Of a stretch of DNA of 64,000 nucleotides, positions 42,301 to 49,722 are shown piece after piece. Numbering within the stretch: the stretch's first letter is position 1; each line of letters begins with the position of its first letter. The notes beneath the pieces were generated by a model, which was not told the origin of the DNA, searched no databases, and worked only from the letters and a program-made list of their open reading frames with translations. The stretch comes from Thermoprotei archaeon (GTDB taxonomy: Archaea > Thermoproteota > Thermoprotei_A > Sulfolobales > Sulfolobaceae): NCBI GenBank assembly GCA_049973945.1, contig JBMFJH010000005.1, positions 11,441 to 75,440 of the forward strand. Reading direction: 5' to 3'. The translations under genes were made by a program, and so were the position numbers.

Positions 42301-43687
42301 TGCTCTTGCCCACACCGTGAGGTCCTCTGACTATAAGAATCTTCCCCCCGTCCACGGCCTCCCTAACCTTCTTTACGACGTTAGCGACCTTGTCCTTAAG
42401 GTTCGGAAACCCCTCTGGATCCACGAACTTATAGGAAAGGTTTCCGAACTTAATCCAGGTTTTACCGTCTTTAAATTCTATGTGCAACTGCGATGGCTCA
42501 GTATACAGACTACTTACAATATTCTGAGTTTTCATGACGTTCTCAAGTCGATCTAATCTCTCCTTTAGCCCCTTAATTTCCTTCCTTAGACCTTCGAACG
42601 CCTTCTCCAACTGCTCGACGTCCAGTCCGGTCACCTCGTTTATGGCCTCTAACGCGTCTTCCGGCGTTATCCCCAACTGTAGGGCCACCTTTGACGCTAT
42701 CAACTTCTTAAGCTCGTCGCTTAACTTCCTCCACTTTTCCCCGAAGACGATGAGTTCTTTAACGCTGCCCTCCTCCCTCTCTGTGAGCTTATAAATGAGG
42801 CTTAGGAATATTGCTGTCGCCACGGCTGAAAGCACTATGCCTCCTAGACGTCCGATCGCAACGTCTGCCAACTTCTTTAGACTCTCTTTAGTTAAGTCCT
42901 CGAACAAGCTCTTGACGCTTAGGATCAAGAAGCCCTCGAACTCTACATCCTTCTCGCCCACGAGAAATTTGAGTAGGCTCTCGTAAGCTTCCGCCTGCTC
43001 GATAACGAAGTCCTCCGCGGCTTTACAGCCCTCAACTTTCTCGCAGTTGGCCTCCCTAGCCTCGCTTATGATCTCCTTTACGAAGCCCGGGAGTACGTAT
43101 TTCTTACCCAGCCACTCTGTGGGTTTCTTGAAGTGATCCTTCATTAGCTTAACAGACGCCCTTACGTCGTCGGGTAAACTGTTCTCGTCAATGTCCCAGG
43201 GTATCGCGTAAAATACTACTGCGTCGTAGGATTTGCGTAACTCCTTTAGATGGTTTACTAACTCTTTTGGCAGTTTCTCAACACCGCCCAAGTACTCCCT
43301 AAGAGTCCTCATTTCCTCCTCTGTAAACCCCTCAATTGCGGTATTCCTAACGTCCACGAGCCCTAATCCTATAAGCCTCTTGACTCCTGAAAATATCTTC
43401 ATGATTTGACCAACTTCGTCTTTCTTCTCCCCTGCGATCTCGCGTCTCTCGTTAGGCTTCGCCGGCTTTAAGTTCTCGAACCCAGTTATCGTCTCATAAA
43501 CGTGGGGTAGGTCTTTCAATTTCCCCGTTATTAAGAAGCTCTTCCCGCCCCTTGGGGGGCCAATGACCAGAATTTTAGCGTCTTCACCCTTTTCTACAAT
43601 TGTCTTTTGTAAGATTGGGTAAATGTCACTAGCGTAATAGTTGTTGTTGTACGTGTTGAATAAGTCCTCTCTTTCCTCTGGATTCAA
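39320..43687 (-). CDS. giant STAND/Avs-like NTPase with two P-loops, one TM-like helix, a coiled coil and a C-terminal helical-repeat region
   Basis: Uninterrupted 1455-codon ORF. Walker A GPPRGGKS (aa 43-50); hydrophobic helix aa ~279-301; heptad-like region aa ~357-386. Second Walker A GPHGVGKS (aa 455-462) followed by YVLLYDPS and TIIVIPDD strands and an EGYTLIARLVG (GxP-like) motif. TPR-like helices run to the C-terminus. Visibly AT-richer than the flanking cas genes. Confidence 0.85.
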   Translation of the reverse strand: MNPEEREDLFNTYNNNYYASDIYPILQKTIVEKGEDAKILVIGPPRGGKSFLITGKLKDLPHVYETITGFENLKPAKPNERREIAGEKKDEVGQIMKIFSGVKRLIGLGLVDVRNTAIEGFTEEEMRTLREYLGGVEKLPKELVNHLKELRKSYDAVVFYAIPWDIDENSLPDDVRASVKLMKDHFKKPTEWLGKKYVLPGFVKEIISEAREANCEKVEGCKAAEDFVIEQAEAYESLLKFLVGEKDVEFEGFLILSVKSLFEDLTKESLKKLADVAIGRLGGIVLSAVATAIFLSLIYKLTEREEGSVKELIVFGEKWRKLSDELKKLIASKVALQLGITPEDALEAINEVTGLDVEQLEKAFEGLRKEIKGLKERLDRLENVMKTQNIVSSLYTEPSQLHIEFKDGKTWIKFGNLSYKFVDPEGFPNLKDKVANVVKKVREAVDGGKILIVRGPHGVGKSTFINYLMAKMLKEGEIKGIIDLAALNEGQIHSTIEEAIGFKRYVLLYDPSTLLFYEVGGLGRPKQEVARAIVSKVEKIFNLMTSGKDGVTYSVPTIIVIPDDVYNVLREDARKRVESVEFNVSDMDFLKEIIRSYSGCMFDENTLSNLVSEVLKFKEGYTLIARLVGENLKEKGCNVSRIEELLRESRGRADLFLVWWINDYLKIKEDNEINTQRVEAFSEILAIREPLKDAVKSGMYVMPPYFVNRLARWSNGLNLGGKKENWGEEAHWLALKHEDLLEDAISLIVRAVRGEEIKDKQLREVLSVWMDQEKRVRVNSMEEAVKYVFKEYGGKIKEVIAGEGGLADPNSPCWNALVFALGAVRGGHGLRLPLIAYKRMSDEGKRDLAEPVRRALNFLSDPESECRALDMLLADGELTPLSEGLLLMPYSAEKLVDNPFIDVMVQRDRMKGELEALLKKWEERQKVHLLEEIYGLGLSILSAYAKVDFADEALRVASLSIDTVTRPNLIVSAVDLLSSLRGKSPDRWAEFISSAINVVADIKEALLGIGRFVMDSLEDLDKLRDSNKVRLVHALASLIGGGAPPNVVCETAKLLLKVAEGLGSEFLRYASEARVLEVLTKTGLNCGINLAREIERLISDLDRAEKFDEWLKDENVREYLKGVSLRQPKEALVSHVKNILGVLHSAAGAISLREGKFDDAVKHFEKARALAQETEHWGNYVAAHSFLVRARVLKADSLQGLIEAAGEFREVFNEAVEKLGIDARGSQLKGITLAEYLIYLGLSGNKGEAEGLLKVLGWLLDYLPLAMRVATTLLLNYLGVVDRRPGVDEVLGAARVLRFMAPALKLSLGLDVDCGKGCEELYEGEPDEKATLCEHVCNGLRLALKGNRFAREMLVEDLKSVSEGSVVEELSKEFSPRAVIQALSTDRSVGDLILTLNALLDGDRETVRAISKGSELIHSNIDIVSGLFKALREAVENNDEERVKLALAKLYYLHF

Positions 43688-43722
43688 TGATCCCCTTCCC
43701 CCGTTTTTCGTTAATGACCCAT

Positions 43723-43731
43723 CTTATAAAA
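43723..43731 (-). promoter_or_regulatory. candidate TATA box for the 1455-aa gene
   Basis: TTTTATAAG on the minus strand 36-44 nt upstream of the TTG start, with a purine-rich GGGGAAGGGGA just before the start. Confidence 0.35.
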
Positions 43732-44157
43732 CATAATGTTGAATAAGTGTGTCGAAAATCTGAAGCTAACGGAAAGCTTTCCCTGAGGTTAACTACCATT
43801 GATAATTTGAGAAGAGTCGAAGCGAAAGTGCGGGCCCACGGCGCTTTTCTGGAAGGAACGCGGGGAAAATCACCGGAGAACGTAGACGGTCTGCCGGGAG
43901 CCGGCGAACGCACTCGAGCTTGAGCCGTTTAACGAAGGGAGTACGGCGGTGGACGGTATGGTGCCCGTGTGCTCTTCAGACACTTCTACGGGCACGTACC
44001 GGATAGCGAGGCCGGAGAAGAGGAGGGAAATCGCGGAGATGAGGGGAGGGACGTCTCGACCTATATGAGGACAGGCTAAAATTGTCCTACGCGCTTAAGG
44101 GCCTTAGACATTGCTTTTGCAAACCCGAGTGTAACAGGGGTTCCCCTCGAGGACACG

Positions 44158-44319
44158 TCAGGCTCTCCGTTGACGCCATAACCTCCCACCCCATGGCGAC
44201 CCCCGGAAGGCGCTCCTCTGTATCCTCGACAGTCCTAACTTCTTCAGCTCCTTGGCCAGCCTCAGCCTCTTGGCGTTGTCCGAGACGTCGTAGACCACCA
44301 AGACCAACACGGTAGACAC
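44158..44319 (-). pseudogene. cas2: cas2 remnant (N-terminal ~40 aa recognisable)
   Basis: [40 protein letters not shown] is a typical Cas2 N-terminus starting 3 nt after cas1. The ORF ends after 53 aa and no frame restores a normal Cas2 C-terminus. Confidence 0.55.
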
Positions 44320-44322
44320 CGC

Positions 44323-45231
44323 CTAAAGCTCCGCCCTGAAGCCCCTGTATGCCCTCCCGTCTTTGACGGCCGAGGCCAGCTTGACCGCGTGGGCCCTCAT
44401 GGCCTGGTCTAGGGTCTTGGGGTTGTGGTCGCCCAACTCCCTGTACCTCTCGTCGAAGACCCTCAGCACGACCTTGGCCAGCTCCCTCCTGCTCTCTGGG
44501 GAAATCAGCCCGTCCTTCACCTGGAGCCTGAGGCCCGACAAAAACGCCCTGACCAGGGCGAAGTCTACCAACGGCTTGAACATCTCCGAGAAGTCGAAGA
44601 CCAGCGCCGGGCTCCCCGGCCTGTCCCTGTGGACGAAGCCCAGGTAGGGGTCTAGGCCCGCTAAGAAGAGGTACTTGTAGGCCTTGGAGTAGAGTATGGC
44701 GTAGCTGTAGTTCAGGGCCAGGTTGAACTGGTCTTTAGCCTCGGGGTCCCTCCCGTCGAAGTTCAAGTCCCTGGGTAGGACTTGGGCTAACTCCCCCCAA
44801 TAGAGCCTGGCAGCTGTAGGCTCGTCCTTATCCAGGATGCTCTTATAGTCCACCCTGAACCCCTTCCTCGCCTAGTGCTTGACGTGGGCCGCTTGGTTGT
44901 AGATCTTGGCCGAGACCATCTCTCCCCCGTACCTCTCAGCGGAGCTCAGGTAGGCCTCGTACTGCTTGACCCTAGTCTTCACGGTCTCTGTGCCTAGGGA
45001 GGGCGTCAAGACGCCCCAGGGGCTCCCGTTCCTGTCGAGGAAGAACAGCGTTATCCCGTGCTTGAGGGCGAGCCTAATAGCCTGGACTGTAATGGCCCCC
45101 GAGGAGGATATCAGTATCTCGTCGACCTCAGCGGGCGGAACCTCGACCTTCCTGTCCTTGAACTGTACCACGAAGACCCCGTTCTTGACCTTGAGCAGGG
45201 AGCCGTGGTCCGAAACGACTAGGGTCTTCAA
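44323..45231 (-). pseudogene. cas1: cas1 interrupted by an in-frame TAG
   Basis: N-part (TTG 45231, LKTLVVSDHGSLLKVKNGVF.., 119 codons) and C-part (NLALNYSYAILY, GFVHRDRPGSPALVFDFSEMFKP) share one frame, separated only by TAG at 44872-44874 (..AAHVKH*ARKGFRVDYKS..). TTGA overlap with the upstream gene. Confidence 0.85.
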
Positions 45232-46076
45232 GCCTTCGCTCCCCCGTTGCAGTAGGAGTAGAAGGGGCAGGATGAGGGGCAGACCGCGGGCCTCCCCGGG
45301 TCCTTCTCCTCCGAGATCAGCTCGACGACCTCGTCCCTGGCGTCGATGAACTGCCTCCTCAGGTCGGGGGAGATGTAGTAGACCTCGTAGGAGATTTTGG
45401 GAACCCCCTCGCTCAGGCCGTTGACGTAGACCAGGGCCCCGAAGTCCACGGGGAGCTCGAGGTTGCTTTCGAGGGCCATGGCGTAGCCAGCTAAAGCCAA
45501 CCTGTGGAAGTCCTGCGGCGAGCCCAGCTTGAACTCGACGACCATGGAGAGGGAAGTTATCGCGTCGACCGAGAGCCTCGGGGAGAGGCCCAAGGGGGTA
45601 CCGTCGACCCTGACCTCCGAGAAGGTTGGCAGCAACGGGGAGTCCGAGCCGTCCGAGAGGAGGTCGAGAGCGAAGGCCTCGTAGAGCGATGAACAATAGG
45701 CGGAGTACTTGGGGGGACAGAGGGAGGACGCCCTCCTGGAGTTGTAGACCGCTAGCTCCATGGCCTTGTAGGGCGGCAAGCCGGAGGAGAGCCACCTCGA
45801 GACGTCCCTAGAGGCCCTGGCGAGCACCTCGTGCACGGCCTTGCCTAAGGTTAACGGCTCCCTGGCCTCGCCCTGCAAGTTCAGGACCTTCCGCAGGTAG
45901 ACGTCCCTCTTGGTGGGGCAGTAGCGGTAGGCCACGTCAGCCATCGAGAGCCCCAGGTAGCGCCTGGGCTTTACAGGTGGACGGGTGTAGGACCAGCCCC
46001 TGAGCTCCTCCTCCACGGGGTCGGAGGCCCTGTAGGAGTGGAGCCTCCTGAGCTGCCTCAGGACCTGGAGCTTCAT
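45228..46076 (-). CDS. Cas4-superfamily nuclease, Csa1-like (I-A adaptation module)
   Basis: N-terminal YCPTKRDVYL Cys plus C-terminal CPSSCPFYSYC cluster; RecB-like D..(10)..E-x-K in VDAITSLSMVVEFK; 282 aa (Csa1 size rather than Cas4). Confidence 0.75.
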   Translation of the reverse strand: MKLQVLRQLRRLHSYRASDPVEEELRGWSYTRPPVKPRRYLGLSMADVAYRYCPTKRDVYLRKVLNLQGEAREPLTLGKAVHEVLARASRDVSRWLSSGLPPYKAMELAVYNSRRASSLCPPKYSAYCSSLYEAFALDLLSDGSDSPLLPTFSEVRVDGTPLGLSPRLSVDAITSLSMVVEFKLGSPQDFHRLALAGYAMALESNLELPVDFGALVYVNGLSEGVPKISYEVYYISPDLRRQFIDARDEVVELISEEKDPGRPAVCPSSCPFYSYCNGGAKA

Positions 46077-46299
46077 CGGGATTGGTATTACCCAGGAATT
46101 TAATATTCGTGAAAAAGGCGGGGGTAAAAGCGTTCCCGGCCGTGGCGAGGAAGGAACGGAGGGCTGTGGGAGAGCGAGTCTGAGGTCTTCCTCGCTAAAG
46201 CCGGGAAACTCGGTACCGCGGAAGTGAGATTTAATTTATTTATTGAAAATAGGAGAAACTAAATGCTGCGTCGCTCGCGAATTGCCCTCAGCGGGCAGT

Positions 46300-46616
46300 C
46301 CTTTTCTCCATCATCCAGGTAGCAGGCGAACTCTTCCCCTCGTTTTTCTCCCTGGGGGAGCCGGGAAAGGCCTTGAACGAACCCTCCCTTGGGACCGCGT
46401 CCAGCCCTAAAATCATTCCCTCTCTAGAGAACGCCTCAGTTTCCTTGGGAAAGCCGGGAAATTGGCTCAAGTCGTTTTGACTTCTGACTCGATAACGTGG
46501 AAAGGGAACAAAGTGCAGCGTAAGTAGTTCGCGTAAAGCTTATTATCTGATTTCCGACTCTTAGACTCGTAAAAAAGAAAAAGTGAGGGAAAAGGTAAGG
46601 GGTATATAAACTTGCA
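46300..46616 (+). promoter_or_regulatory. leader of array 3
   Basis: Inverted, near-collinear copy of leader 2. GGTATATAAACTTGCA lies directly before the first repeat; GACCGCGTCC lies about 215 nt from the repeat. Confidence 0.7.
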
Positions 46617-49083
46617 GTTAATCCTCTATGGAATTGAAAGACGTGCTGACGGATATGCCCGTGTACTTCCCTGCAGATGGGTTAATCCTCTATGGAATTG
46701 AAAGATTATCATGATAGCAGCGCCTGGAGGGCTCATCGCTTTCGTTAATCCTCTATGGAATTGAAAGAATCGCGAAGCGAGAGAGGACTGAGGAGCTGAA
46801 ATTGTAGAGTTAATCCTCTATGGAATTGAAAGCGCTGAATAGAAAGATCAGGTACTTAGAGAAGCTGTCGATGTTAATCCTCTATGGAATTGAAAGTGAT
46901 AGGCGGCTAGATGGAGGGGAGTTTCGCCATTATTGGTTAATCCTCTATGGAATTGAAAGCGTGACAACCTCCAAGCCCTTCAAGACGGAGCTTGTTGCTG
47001 TTAATCCTCTATGGAATTGAAAGCGCGGTACGCGCTCGTGGTTAAACGTCAAGACGAGGAGATGTTAATCCTCTATGGAATTGAAAGGTAATGCAGTCGC
47101 TGTTGCTGTGCCAGCCCGTTATCGTGTTAATCCTCTATGGAATTGAAAGCAGCAACACCTCGACCTGTTGAATCCTCTTGGTATAGTAGTTAATCCTCTA
47201 TGGAATTGAAAGCCATCTGTGATCGGGTTCATGATTCCGTCGTCCATGTTCACAAGGTTAATCCTCTATGGAATTGAAAGCTCACCTTTCAGTATAAATA
47301 GATAGCTATAATCGAAATCTGTTAATCCTCTGTGGAATTGAAAGGGAGAAGCTCGCCACAGTCCTTTCGCTCCTGCCTTACTCGTTAATCCTCTGTGGAA
47401 TTGAAAGACTTCAATATCGAGTCAGCCAGCTCTCCGAGGTAGTCGTGTTAATCCTCTGTGGAATTGAAAGGCGTAAGTTCAGGCGGTGGGCTCTCTTGAC
47501 CGACTCTTTCTTTGTGTTAATCCTCTGTGGAATTGAAAGCTTTCCTGTCGTTTTCCTCACACCACGCGACGTACGCCTGTTAATCCTCTGTGGAATTGAA
47601 AGACAACGACACTTGGTTTAATGTCCTGTGGGTTCAGGATCCGTTAATCCTCTATGGAATTGAAAGTACTGATCATGATCTTCTTTCCGTTTAACGTGAG
47701 AACGTCGTTAATCCTCTGTGGAATTGAAAGTTAATTCTTATTTTTAAACTGTCTACAAGTTCATTTAAACTGTTAATCCTCTGTGGAATTGAAAGCGAGC
47801 TACACGAACACTACGCTGCAGCCGTTCCCCTTGGTTAATCCTCTGTGGAATTGAAAGTCGACGGCGTTGTGATGAGGCGAGGTAGATGCGTTCGTCAGTT
47901 AATCCTCTGTGGAATTGAAAGAAATACGTACTGTACTACTACCTAGCGTTTAACGGCTCGTCGTTAATCCTCTGTGGAATTGAAAGGTCATTTCCATAGC
48001 CCCTCTCTTCCTCAGCTCTCTTACTATGTTAATCCTCTGTGGAATTGAAAGTCTCTGTGCCCCATGCCCGCAACAGCACTTTCCCGCAATGGGGTTAATC
48101 CTCTGTGGAATTGAAAGGTATTCCAGTTGCGCATAAAGCGGTGACCCGCTCTTGACCGTTAATCCTCTGTGGAATTGAAAGAAGATCTCTCGCTCTCTGT
48201 CAGCAGTATTGAGGAGGAAGAGTTAATCCTCTGTGGAATTGAAAGAGATCCTGCTCCCAGGTCACATCGAACGGGTCAATCCTGTTCTTTAACAGTTAAT
48301 CCTCTGTGGAATTGAAAGCATGTATACGTTGTATAGGTGGTTCACGTGATGGCACGTTAATCCTCTGTGGAATTGAAAGATCGGTAGGGTGACGTTGGTA
48401 GTACTGGTTCCAGAGGTTAATCCTCTGTGGAATTGAAAGACTCCTTTCTATCTATAAGAACGCCATCAAGGATCGTGTTAAGTTAATCCTCTGTGGAATT
48501 GAAAATATTTCAATAGCAATAACGGCTTATCATACTCCATCCCCGCGTGTTAATCCTCTGTGGAATTGAAAGAGCTCTTTGGCTACTTCAACTATTTCGA
48601 AAATACCTCCCGTTAATCCTCTGTGGAATTGAAAGATTAGGTTCGCCAATGCTGTCGGCTGGAGAACCGATTGACGTCAATCCTCTATGGAATTGAAAGC
48701 GTTCGAACACGGGGTTGAACTTGTGGGGCGGGACTTCGTCGTTAATCCTCTGTGGAATTGAAAGCAATCTCGTTCTCGACGTGCTCTGCAGGTCTCAGGG
48801 ATGTTAATCCTCTGTGGAATTGAAAGTTTTCAAAGTCCATCTCCTTAATGACCAGCCATGCTTTTCCGTTAATCCTCTGTGGAATTGAAAGCTGGTTCGG
48901 TGGAAACGGCGAGAAGTCGAAAACAATGAGTTAATCCTCTATGGAATTGAAAGGCGTACTCAGTATATTTCGTTATAGGTATTTGTAGACTTGGTTAATC
49001 CTCTATGGAATTGAAAGTAGTCCCTGAGGCCCTGCACGACCTTGTATGCGTGGAAGTCGGTTAATCCTCTATGGAATTGAAAG
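46617..49083 (+). CRISPR. CRISPR array 3: 39 repeats, 38 spacers; two repeat alleles (..CTCTATGG.. and ..CTCTGTGG..)
   Basis: Counted repeat by repeat. Repeats 1-11, 17, 33 and 37-39 carry A at repeat position 12; the other 23 carry G. Leader is upstream on the plus strand. Confidence 0.97.
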
Positions 49084-49308
49084 CTTAAGTGACGAGATCG
49101 CACAGGGGTCGCCCGCGTGGACATACCGTATCATGTTGACTAAACGTCACTAGTGCTAGGAGCTTCACGCGTAATTAATCCCCTCGAAACTAAAAGGAAC
49201 GACGAAGAGACCGCCTCTCTGACGTCGCCCCCGTTCGTTGTGTTGAGCTCCCGGCGCACTTCGTAGACTTTCGAGTTGGGAAAAAGCGGAGTGATGTTGT
49301 ACTATCGG

Positions 49309-49710
49309 TTACACTAAGGGCAACTCGAAGGGCTCCAGTATCCTGATCCCTAGTCTCAGGATCTCCTCCGCGCTCACCTCCCCATTCAGCTTCGCGCTAA
49401 CCAAACGCCGTCCCTTGAGCTCGAACTTCGACGACCTCCTTATCAGCTCGTTGAGCCTCTTGACGTTGTATACCACCCCCTTGAACTCCCTCACCCTCTC
49501 CTTCACCACGAAGTCTTCCGGGTCGTCCGGGATAGGGATGGGCTTCCCGTAAACGTTGAGTATCACGAAGCCCCTGTCCCCCCTCAGCAGGTTCAGCAAT
49601 GAGTCGAAGAGCTCCCTCTCGCTCCCGCAGTAGTACCACTTCATGACCTTGCCCTCGTAGACCCTCTCGCAGGGGCTGCCGTCGCCCTTCGAGTTAGTTA
49701 TGTACATCAT
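49309..49710 (-). CDS. small conserved protein encoded directly downstream of cas10, unknown function
   Basis: 133 aa, 12-nt gap after cas10, same strand; a truncated second copy lies at 17524-17739. Confidence 0.6.
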   Translation of the reverse strand: MMYITNSKGDGSPCERVYEGKVMKWYYCGSERELFDSLLNLLRGDRGFVILNVYGKPIPIPDDPEDFVVKERVREFKGVVYNVKRLNELIRRSSKFELKGRRLVSAKLNGEVSAEEILRLGIRILEPFELPLV

Positions 49711-49722
49711 GTTGCCTCGCGT

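Noticed and set aside
44872-45795. 307-aa minus-strand ORF
   Set aside because: Only its last 119 codons are real (the cas1 N-terminal domain, starting at TTG 45231). The upstream part overlaps the csa1/cas4-like gene in another frame and is low-complexity.
49172-49195. Degenerate extra repeat (ATTAATCCCCTCGAAACTAAAAGG) 88 nt beyond the last repeat of array 3
   Set aside because: Only about 15 of 24 positions match and the spacing is irregular. A decayed trailer repeat is possible, but it is too weak to annotate.
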